From a virus (Duplodnaviria > Caudoviricetes): a stretch of DNA of 64,000 nt. This document shows, in pieces, positions 46,072-53,843 of the stretch. The first letter of the stretch is position 1, and each line of letters begins with the position of its first letter. The notes beneath the pieces were generated by a model. That model worked only from the letters and a program-made list of their open reading frames with translations. It ran no database searches and had not been told where the DNA came from. The DNA lies in the IMG/VR virus record IMGVR_UViG_3300033066_000386, positions 1 to 64,000 of that record; one strand, given 5' to 3'. Made by a program: the position numbers and the translations under genes.

Positions 46072-49000
46072 TTCTTGACCTTCTTTTTAGCGGGTTTACG
46101 TGCCGTCTTCCTTGATTTCTTGGGTTCTTCCTTCTTACCGGAGATCATCTTCTTGGCCGCTCGGATCGTTGCCATTGGGTTCCTTACCGTACTGTAGGCG
46201 ATGTAGCCCAATGAGCAGGCTGGAATCCATGTCCCCACCTTAGCTGCGGCTACGTTGCCTCCCGTAGCGAGCAAGATGGCCGGGGCTTGGATCGTCCAGC
46301 CAACGGCTAGATCGGCGATTCCAACGGCCTTGCCAACCATCTTAGCATGCTCCTCGCCTAGCCCACGCTCAATGGCCACGGTCTCGGCCATCTCACGGGA
46401 TTTGTTATAGCCGGTCATGAGCTTGTGTTCAACGAATCTTACCGCTCCGTAGGTTTTGACTAGCGCGGTTTGAACCGATTCGGGCAGCACGCTTCCACCG
46501 ATCTCCCCAATGGTCAACATCGTTTCCTTCACATCGCTAAACTTCTCCGCTGCCGCCTTGAAGTTATCGACGATGGCCGTCTTGACCTTGGAGGAGCTGC
46601 CTGCACTCGTCTCCGTCGTCTTGGCCCCACCCTCTCCCGATAGGGGCGTGCATCCAGTCAAGTCTGCCCGCTCACCTGGCTTGCACGAACCTTCCGATTT
46701 AGTTTTTTGAGAAGACATGCTTGGTTCCCGCAAGATACCAATACCTTTCCCACCCTGACTTGATTCTCGTACTTCTGGTAATCCCATGTGTTGTAGTCGC
46801 CCATCGACTGTGCGTGTGCCGCCACCACCGCTTGATAGGGTGTTAGAAGGTATTCCCTTTCTTTTAGCGTTGCTAGGTCGATTACTTTTACCAACATTGT
46901 TTCTCTCCCTCAATTTCTTGGACCAATCTTCGATCACGTTGAAAATCTCTGGGCTATACGATTTTAACTCATCTGGGGCCGTCACGTATGCCGCCGCTGC
47001 TTCCATGAGATTTTCTAGCTTACCGGCAATCCCCCCGTATACAGAGACGCTTTTTTTCAGCCCGGAGAGCTTTTCAGCATAGGATTTAGCTAAATCAGGA
47101 TCGCTGCTGTAGGCGTGGTGAGCTACCTCATGGGCGGCAAAGTGCATTCCTTGGGTTACGTTAGGTGATTTGAATAGGAATGCCGCTGGTGAATCTTTGT
47201 GTGCGTTTACCACGAACACTCCATCATGAGATGCGTCTCCACCGATGCCAAAGGAGGATTTGCGCGAACCAAACTTCAGCTTTGGCATACCGATCCCAAA
47301 CGTCTCCGCTGTTTTTTCGGCTGATTTTTTCGCGGACGCCACCAATTCCTCTCCACCATCTTTCGGAACCCAAGCAGATATCTTTGAGTCTTCTGGGGGA
47401 TTTTCTCGAATATTTTTGTCAACATCCTGAACCCACTTGGCTATATCGTCCTTCGTGCCAGACACCACTCCTTCGCTGCCGTCCCTACCCGTGTAGAACA
47501 TATACCCGTCAATAAGTTGATACGATTGCACGGCTGGCGGAAATGAGTAGTCTGAATCTACCGGTTCTACTTCGTATTTCCCCCCATTGACCATTACCGA
47601 ACTACCAACTTTGGGTAGTTTCTGAATGTCCTTTCCTAGGGCTAAGTGAACTGCCTTACCGCCGCTGCCGTTGATTGGGGTACATCCGGTGAGGTCCGCG
47701 CGTTCCCCAGGCTTGCATGATCCGCCATCGGCCTTACGGACGGCATACTTGGCAATGTACTTGAGGGAATTGCTGACCTTGAACGATTTGGTTTGGGTTG
47801 CACGTTGCAGGTGTTCCAAGTCGTCCAATAGTTCTGGACGAAGATTGTGGTTGTCGAAGTCCTTGGGTGATACCCACGCAACCACCTCAAATACGTCACC
47901 GTCCGGGTTCGTGTCCAATCGGCGGTTGACGATATCGACCGTATCCTCTGCCGCCACTTGGTAGACGAATCCTTCGTACTTCCCATTCGTGCCACGCCAG
48001 TTATCGACAATCTTCCCATCCGGTAATTCGATACCCGTTTCCTCAAACCACTCTCGCTTGGCAGATTCAAGTGGATCGCCGTTGCCCTCAATCTTGCCTC
48101 CAGGGAATTCCCATGTGCCGCCCCGATGATCGTCGATATGGCGTTGGAGCATCAACACCCTACCGGTATCCCTAGCGATGACTGCCAGCCCCGATGCAAC
48201 CACGCTCTTGCGAACCAAGTTGTTTTTCTTGAGGTAGGCGTTGAGTTCCTTTTCCGTTGAGAATTCAATCGACTTATCGTACTTGTTGGGGAACACCTGT
48301 TGCCATTCCGGTCCTGGCTTGCCGCCCTCGTTTTGAACGATGACCCGCTGTTCATCTCCGGTCCACTTGGAAGCTTGGCTCTTGATGGCTAACTCAGTTT
48401 CTACGCCACCATCGAACCAATCCATGAAGTCAACGATGGCCAGTTTAGGAGGGCCTTGATTGACCCAAACGTAAAGCCCTTCCTTGTGTTCTTCGGGAAG
48501 AGCGTCTAGGTAGTTGCTGAGGTCTCCTACTGCTGCATCTGCCGTCGATTTAACAATCGTCTTGGCGTCCTTGATCTTTTGATTTAGGCGATTCATTTCG
48601 ATTATGTGTGCCCAACCTAGCAATTCGTTATCAGTCTTGCATACCGACTTGGCAGCATTCCATTCCTTTGTATGGCTGATCGTCTTGAACCATTCATCCC
48701 AATGCTTGACCGATTTCGTAGGTTCTCCATTTGGTTCCTCTACTCCGGCGTCCATATCCAGTGGCTTGGATTCGATGGCTAGCGGGTTGTCCGGTGCGGA
48801 TTCTTCCCCACCTTCGGGCAGCTCCAAGGGTCCACCCTCCATAGCTTGCTGCTCGGCCTGTTCGGGTTGGGTGAACGGCTTGAGCAAATCGGCCAAGTCC
48901 TGTTGATCTTCTCCCGTGTTGAGTGGTAGCGGGACCATACCGCCTGGACCCGAAACCAATGGATCATCCCCACCATGCTCGTACCTAGGCCGACCTCTTA

Positions 49001-51416
49001 ACGCGCGGACTTCGTTCGGAGTCACTGAATGGCATTGCATGTCGGTCGCCAAATCCGCGTTAACTTGGGCTGGATCGGCTGGAGTGCAATTGCCGGTGAT
49101 GTGAACCTTGCCCCCACGCCGAACAACAAACTTCCCTGTCGGTACTTCAACGCACCATACAAGCCCGCTATAGGGAATCGTGGAACGATGTTCCGGCTCC
49201 ACCACGGCGTGCATTCTGGCACACAAGTTGACGGAGTAAATGTCGGAATGCCCTTTCTTGACCCCTACCTTTTTTACGATTGCCGCCGCTATACCGCACT
49301 TGATGGCAATTTCTTGAACATCGTCCGCGAGTTGTTTGCTGATCGTGAAGTATTTTGAATTCCACACTCCGGTGTTTTTGTTGATCTTGGGTTTGATGCC
49401 ATCTCCAGCAATGAGGGCGTCTAACAATATGCGTAGGTATTCCGCTGGCCACGCCTTGACGTAGCTGGGGATTCGCATGTTTACCGACCCCTTGCCGCAA
49501 TGCTCCTCAAGATGTTCGTACATGCCACGGTTGTTGCAAACAAATTGCATGGCCTTTTCGGTCTTTTGCCGCTTCTTCCAATTGCCCGGCATCCTGTCAA
49601 TGCAAGCTTCCATCTTTGGGTAGCTAAGATTGTCGTTGTTTTGACTGATGTAAATCAGCCACGATCCGCCATATGGCTTGTTTCTTTGCAAGCATCCTTC
49701 GCTCAAGTAATAACCCATAAACTCTAGCCATAGCTTTGGCTCCATTTGCATCGGGTTGAGTAGGGTTTGTTGGTGTCCTCCACCATACTCTTTGACGGTT
49801 ATATTGGTTGGGGTCTCGCATGCCGCTGGAGCAGCTTTGAGAATGTGATACGTGAGGCTTTCGGCCAAATCTTCGGCTAGCCGGAAACCCCATTGAGGAA
49901 TTGCTCGACCCGATTTCGGCCTATCCTGCACCCACACGCGATGCCTAGGCGTCATTGCCACATTGATGCGACCACTTTCCCAGACATGGAGAACCCCTTC
50001 GTGTTGACGGCGGATGATTCGCTTCGGCTGGTGGTAAGAAAGCGTGTTTGTCACTTCGTCATAACAGGCGATTTCCGTACCGTAGGTGATGTCTTCTTGA
50101 CGCTTCCACCCATCGGACGTTAGGCATTCTGTTTCTAGGTCCAAGCAGTCATCCCACCACAATTTCGCCCTTTTTCCAGGTTGCGACCAGCGCGAAGCTA
50201 GATGTTTAGTCAACGTTTGACCGCGCATTTGTAAGCGAGGGTTAATACATTGGCTGCACATGGATGCCAAAGTCGCCAACACGCTCCCAAACGTAAGGCC
50301 ATCTGATATGCCTACGGCAGCCTTAGGAACTTGGAACAGCGACAAGATCATATCCCTAATTTGTTCCTCTGAGGAAAAATACGCCATCTCGGTAGGGGAA
50401 AAGCTTAACGGCGTGATCTTGGCTCCTGGCGGGGTGATGACGGGTTTGCCGTAGTTGCCCTCGCCCTGCATCCTGGACATGAACTTCGATTCGATACGGG
50501 CAATCATGTTGTCGTCAGGGTCTTCATAGCCTTGGGCTAGTTCCAGCCAAAACTCAGGGCGGGCTTGATTGATGAACTGTGCCCATCGTGAACGGCTGAT
50601 GCTCTCTTCCGTATCAATCCATTGGCTACCCGCCGTTAGCTTGCTCCATCCGCCGATCTTGTTCTGAGGACTCTTCCACCGCTCCATGATGATTTCATTG
50701 GGTGGGAACTTGAGTAGTCCCGATGCACCCGCTCCACCCCACGGACGCACTTCGTAATATTCGATCAACTCCCCGGCATGGGGATGATCCGCGCTGACGT
50801 GCAATCCCCCACCCGTCCGTGGCCATACCCAGTGCGTGGGGATCACCCATAGCTCACAGGGGGTTCCGTTGAGGGAATTGGGGACTGCCCAGATATAGCT
50901 GACTCCGCATAGCTCTTGGAACATCTGGCTTTCGTAGAGGATGTCAAAGGTGGTATCGACTGGGTTGGGGTTCTCTAGCAATCGGCGTAGAGGGTGATCG
51001 TTGCCCATCGGCTCAAGGTCGTCATGAGGCTTGATGACACTGAGGGCCTTGCTCCTCCACTCCCCCATCGTCAAATAGGAATGGCCTGCCCAATCCATCG
51101 TGCAACTACCGCCAAACCCCCTGCCCTTGGAGTTGAGCAGCCCTCGGTGCATCCCCTTCACGGTTAACCCCGGCTTCTCGGCGTCCACCACGTAGGCCAA
51201 ATTCGGGAATAGGCCACCCATGCGGCAACATATGGCATTGACCGCCACGTAAGTCCAATTGCGGAAGTGGGCCACCTGCTCGGCAACGTTCTGATCCCAC
51301 CCATACGATGTGGTACGGTTGGGGAATAGGCTGGATATGACGCGCTCCCCAGGCGTGGCAACTTTTTGTATCGAATTGAATCGCTTGAGCTGGGGGAGGT
51401 ACTTGGCACTTCTCAT
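46068..51416 (-). CDS. portal protein (HK97 family) with intein, NUDIX hydrolase and HExxH modules
   Basis: WTYVAVNAIC...ELWVIP...NEII...GWSKL...LSFSPTEMAY...TPNEVRAL (portal); GGKIEGNGDPLESAKREWFEETG (Nudix box); HEVAHH. Confidence 0.85.
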   Translation of the reverse strand: MRSAKYLPQLKRFNSIQKVATPGERVISSLFPNRTTSYGWDQNVAEQVAHFRNWTYVAVNAICCRMGGLFPNLAYVVDAEKPGLTVKGMHRGLLNSKGRGFGGSCTMDWAGHSYLTMGEWRSKALSVIKPHDDLEPMGNDHPLRRLLENPNPVDTTFDILYESQMFQELCGVSYIWAVPNSLNGTPCELWVIPTHWVWPRTGGGLHVSADHPHAGELIEYYEVRPWGGAGASGLLKFPPNEIIMERWKSPQNKIGGWSKLTAGSQWIDTEESISRSRWAQFINQARPEFWLELAQGYEDPDDNMIARIESKFMSRMQGEGNYGKPVITPPGAKITPLSFSPTEMAYFSSEEQIRDMILSLFQVPKAAVGISDGLTFGSVLATLASMCSQCINPRLQMRGQTLTKHLASRWSQPGKRAKLWWDDCLDLETECLTSDGWKRQEDITYGTEIACYDEVTNTLSYHQPKRIIRRQHEGVLHVWESGRINVAMTPRHRVWVQDRPKSGRAIPQWGFRLAEDLAESLTYHILKAAPAACETPTNITVKEYGGGHQQTLLNPMQMEPKLWLEFMGYYLSEGCLQRNKPYGGSWLIYISQNNDNLSYPKMEACIDRMPGNWKKRQKTEKAMQFVCNNRGMYEHLEEHCGKGSVNMRIPSYVKAWPAEYLRILLDALIAGDGIKPKINKNTGVWNSKYFTISKQLADDVQEIAIKCGIAAAIVKKVGVKKGHSDIYSVNLCARMHAVVEPEHRSTIPYSGLVWCVEVPTGKFVVRRGGKVHITGNCTPADPAQVNADLATDMQCHSVTPNEVRALRGRPRYEHGGDDPLVSGPGGMVPLPLNTGEDQQDLADLLKPFTQPEQAEQQAMEGGPLELPEGGEESAPDNPLAIESKPLDMDAGVEEPNGEPTKSVKHWDEWFKTISHTKEWNAAKSVCKTDNELLGWAHIIEMNRLNQKIKDAKTIVKSTADAAVGDLSNYLDALPEEHKEGLYVWVNQGPPKLAIVDFMDWFDGGVETELAIKSQASKWTGDEQRVIVQNEGGKPGPEWQQVFPNKYDKSIEFSTEKELNAYLKKNNLVRKSVVASGLAVIARDTGRVLMLQRHIDDHRGGTWEFPGGKIEGNGDPLESAKREWFEETGIELPDGKIVDNWRGTNGKYEGFVYQVAAEDTVDIVNRRLDTNPDGDVFEVVAWVSPKDFDNHNLRPELLDDLEHLQRATQTKSFKVSNSLKYIAKYAVRKADGGSCKPGERADLTGCTPINGSGGKAVHLALGKDIQKLPKVGSSVMVNGGKYEVEPVDSDYSFPPAVQSYQLIDGYMFYTGRDGSEGVVSGTKDDIAKWVQDVDKNIRENPPEDSKISAWVPKDGGEELVASAKKSAEKTAETFGIGMPKLKFGSRKSSFGIGGDASHDGVFVVNAHKDSPAAFLFKSPNVTQGMHFAAHEVAHHAYSSDPDLAKSYAEKLSGLKKSVSVYGGIAGKLENLMEAAAAYVTAPDELKSYSPEIFNVIEDWSKKLRERNNVGKSNRPSNAKRKGIPSNTLSSGGGGTRTVDGRLQHMGLPEVRESSQGGKGIGILREPSMSSQKTKSEGSCKPGERADLTGCTPLSGEGGAKTTETSAGSSSKVKTAIVDNFKAAAEKFSDVKETMLTIGEIGGSVLPESVQTALVKTYGAVRFVEHKLMTGYNKSREMAETVAIERGLGEEHAKMVGKAVGIADLAVGWTIQAPAILLATGGNVAAAKVGTWIPACSLGYIAYSTVRNPMATIRAAKKMISGKKEEPKKSRKTARKPAKKKVKK
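46658..46897 (-). CDS. small gene nested out-of-frame inside the portal ORF
   Basis: GAGGGAG RBS 7 nt before the ATG; protein-like MLVKVIDLATLKEREY..AVVAAHAQ..DYNTWDY..VSCG, while the portal frame here is low-complexity. Confidence 0.55.
   Translation of the reverse strand: MLVKVIDLATLKEREYLLTPYQAVVAAHAQSMGDYNTWDYQKYENQVRVGKVLVSCGNQACLLKKLNRKVRASQVSGQT
49089..50147 (-). mobile_element. intein (353 aa) with LAGLIDADG-type homing endonuclease, inserted in the portal
   Basis: WWDD|CLDLETECLT...TPRHRV (block B)...MGYYLSEG...LLDALIAGDG...VWCVEVPTGKFVVRRGGKVHITGN|C. Confidence 0.92.
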
Positions 51417-51546
51417 ATCTTCTATCCTTTTGGGAAGTCAATTTCCGAATTATTGTAACTACCCACTCGGCAAAGGGATAGCCCACTTTTTGGCCATGTA
51501 TAGTCGCGCGACTAAAAACTATTTTCAACTTTTTCTAAAATCCCCC

Positions 51547-51575
51547 TTGCACTTATCCGATTCTAAGTGTATATT
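51547..51575 (+). promoter_or_regulatory. sigma70-type promoter TTGCAC-N17-TATATT with CACTTA-N8-TAAGTG
   Basis: Read directly; its upstream 26-bp A/T tract is nearly identical to the one before 52970. Confidence 0.8.
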
Positions 51576-51618
51576 GAGTGTGTAGGGATAACCGAACACG
51601 AAATGAAAGGGTAGAACA

Positions 51619-51879
51619 ATGGCAGCTATCATGGAAATCAGGATTGAAGGCGAAGTGAAGGGCGTAAGCTGTGCAGTTGCTCATTTCAGCATTGACGGCA
51701 AGGAATACCTAATCACCGGAACGAAGTCTTTTGTTTCTGTGTACGCTGGGCGTTGGATCAATGACCGTCGTGGGCTTGGCAAGACGTTTTGGAACGTCGC
51801 TGAAATTTCCAAGCACTACAAGAAGAACGCGGATATCTTGACCGAATACGCCAACCGCGTAATGAACATGGCAAGCTAA
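51619..51879 (+). CDS. hypothetical protein
   Basis: 86-aa ORF after the promoter, with RBS. Confidence 0.65.
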   Translation: MAAIMEIRIEGEVKGVSCAVAHFSIDGKEYLITGTKSFVSVYAGRWINDRRGLGKTFWNVAEISKHYKKNADILTEYANRVMNMAS

Positions 51880-51951
51880 CTGCTTTTCTCATCGGGTCGG
51901 TCATCAATGGGACCGACCCCAACTTGGTTTCCATTTTCAACGGAGAATAAC

Positions 51952-52203
51952 ATGAAATGCTCGCACTGGGCCGACGATAGCCGCACGGAACGAACGGAAA
52001 GCGGTCGCATTGTCGTTATTGAAGATTCGCAACGATGTACCAACGCCGCAACAGTTTGGCTCCATGCCCCGGACGGTCGCAAAGTACCCGGTTGCTGGTA
52101 TTGCCAACAGCACGCCAATGCAATCGTTACCGAATACCGTGAAAAACTTAACGAAGTCTGGACCGCGCGGAAGATTGACAATCTTGGGGGCCTTATCAAA
52201 TGA
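51952..52203 (+). CDS. small Cys-containing protein
   Basis: GGAG RBS before ATG 51952; CSH...C..CWYC. Confidence 0.6.
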   Translation: MKCSHWADDSRTERTESGRIVVIEDSQRCTNAATVWLHAPDGRKVPGCWYCQQHANAIVTEYREKLNEVWTARKIDNLGGLIK

Positions 52204-52709
52204 CAACCGAAACCAAACATTCCGCGATGTTCTACTTCGACCTTGCCGTTGGCCTGATGCGTCAGCATGGGCTGGAATCGTGGGCCTTCGTGTTCGACAA
52301 TGCCAAGCGTAGGGCAGGGGTATGCCGGTATCGATGCAAGGTCATCTCGCTATCCCGCCACTACGTCCGGCTCAATGCCGACAACTACGAGGACATACGC
52401 GACACCATCCTCCACGAGATTGCCCATGCCCTTGCCGGTCACAAAGCCGGGCATGGTCCGGCATGGAAAGCGGTATGCCGTCGCATCGGGGCCAAACCGG
52501 AGCGATGCTACGATCCGAGCAAGGTAGTCATGCCCAAGGGTTCCTTGCAAGCCACTTGCGGTGGATGCCTCAAGGTGTTCACCCGTCACAAGGCTGTACG
52601 CAAGGGTTCGTGGCGGTATTGCGTCAAGTGCGGCAAGGACAAGGGTCGATTGACCTTCGCCAAACGTGTAGAGTCGCGCGAGTACAAACCCTCATCACTG
52701 TTTCAATGA
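52200..52709 (+). CDS. SprT-like zinc metalloprotease domain protein
   Basis: AKRRAGVC...ISLS...DTILHEIAHAL...GHGPAWKAVCRRIGAKP; C-terminal CxxC pairs. Confidence 0.85.
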   Translation: MTTETKHSAMFYFDLAVGLMRQHGLESWAFVFDNAKRRAGVCRYRCKVISLSRHYVRLNADNYEDIRDTILHEIAHALAGHKAGHGPAWKAVCRRIGAKPERCYDPSKVVMPKGSLQATCGGCLKVFTRHKAVRKGSWRYCVKCGKDKGRLTFAKRVESREYKPSSLFQ

Positions 52710-52718
52710 GGAACCGAC

Positions 52719-52937
52719 ATGAAAGCCAAACCAACGAAATCTACCGCCAAGAAGAAGCGGCCTAGCGGATATGCCCAAGCCAAAGCTTCCGGCAAGGTGG
52801 TGGTGATGCTCCAGCTCACTCCCGATCAAGCCGCCGTCATCGACCTTGCCGCTACCCTTGAGGGCAGGTCACGAACCAACTACATCGCCCATCACGCTTA
52901 CCTAACCGCTTCCCAACACAAGGAGAAGACGACGTAG
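52719..52937 (+). CDS. ribbon-helix-helix-like (DUF1778-like) DNA-binding protein
   Basis: VMLQLTPDQAAVIDLAATLEGRSRTNYI. Confidence 0.65.
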   Translation: MKAKPTKSTAKKKRPSGYAQAKASGKVVVMLQLTPDQAAVIDLAATLEGRSRTNYIAHHAYLTASQHKEKTT

Positions 52938-52969
52938 AAAACTATTTTCCACTTTTTCTAAAAATCGTG

Positions 52970-52998
52970 TTGCACTTAAACGAATTTAAGCGTATACT
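52970..52998 (+). promoter_or_regulatory. sigma70-type promoter TTGCAC-N17-TATACT with CACTTA-N8-TAAGCG
   Basis: Read directly. Confidence 0.8.
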
Positions 52999-53037
52999 AA
53001 GTGTGTAGAGACGAGCGACAACCAAACGCAAAGGAGA

Positions 53038-53331
53038 ATGACGATGGCAACCGAACTGATCACCAGGACGTGCAAATGCCTCGCGTGCGGGCGACGACCC
53101 GCCGCAACGACGCCGGAATGGCCGGCGCTTTGTGCATCGTGCCTCGACCGCACCGGCGAACGCATCAGGCCCGGTGTCCGCGTGATCTGCGAAGTCGATG
53201 ATGGATGCAGCGGTACGGTCAATCGAATCGAAGATGGCCTGGCGGTTGTGACGACCAGCGATGGCAAGGAAGCGTGGATACCCATCCCCGAATTGGTTGC
53301 CATCACGAAAAGCATGAGATCCAAGTCCTAG
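53038..53331 (+). CDS. Zn-finger plus SH3-like small protein
   Basis: CLAC..CASC then IRPGVRV...GTVNRIEDGLAVV; AAGGAG RBS. Confidence 0.6.
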   Translation: MTMATELITRTCKCLACGRRPAATTPEWPALCASCLDRTGERIRPGVRVICEVDDGCSGTVNRIEDGLAVVTTSDGKEAWIPIPELVAITKSMRSKS

Positions 53332-53353
53332 CCCCAACATCGGTACAGCGTCC

Positions 53354-53650
53354 TCAATCGCCCAACCATTTTCGGTAGTACGTTTCGGAAGCAGTCGGTT
53401 CATCGCCAAATGTCTGGCCTGATTGCTTGAACTGCTTCCACAAAGCTTCTTCCATCGCTTCCGCAGCATCCAACCAATAGAAGCATCGGTACAAAACCGA
53501 TGTCCTAATTTCCATCGTTGGTGGTAGGTCAGCCGTGGGTGGGGTGGAGCAGAATTCACATCCGCAATCCCCCCGTAGCCCATCGTGCTGGCATGTGGCA
53601 CACAAGCTCTCCACCAAGTCTTGACCGCAATTCGGGCAATTACCGTTCAT
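53354..53650 (-). CDS. Cys-rich hypothetical protein
   Basis: CPNC..CATC..CGCEFC. Confidence 0.5.
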   Translation of the reverse strand: MNGNCPNCGQDLVESLCATCQHDGLRGDCGCEFCSTPPTADLPPTMEIRTSVLYRCFYWLDAAEAMEEALWKQFKQSGQTFGDEPTASETYYRKWLGD

Positions 53651-53843
53651 TGGATTTCTCCGGTTCGTACCGTTGGCAAACTCTCACTCGTCGCATCATC
53701 ACTCTATAGGTGTGGCAGTCATGTGCCTCAAAGAATCTATCGCATAGACCGTTAATGACTGATAAATGCAACAACATTCTTCTTGTCTCGATATCATCGC
53801 ATTCCAACAAATCCATGTAGTTTTGCATGTAGTAATCGAGCAT
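53640..53843 (-). CDS. hypothetical protein
   Basis: ATG 53843 overlaps the TAA of the ThDP-enzyme gene. Confidence 0.45.
   Translation of the reverse strand: MLDYYMQNYMDLLECDDIETRRMLLHLSVINGLCDRFFEAHDCHTYRVMMRRVRVCQRYEPEKSNER

Noticed and set aside
51416-53650. Expected terminase upstream of the portal
   Set aside because: No Walker A/B terminase ATPase or nuclease ORF is present here; it probably lies outside the window.
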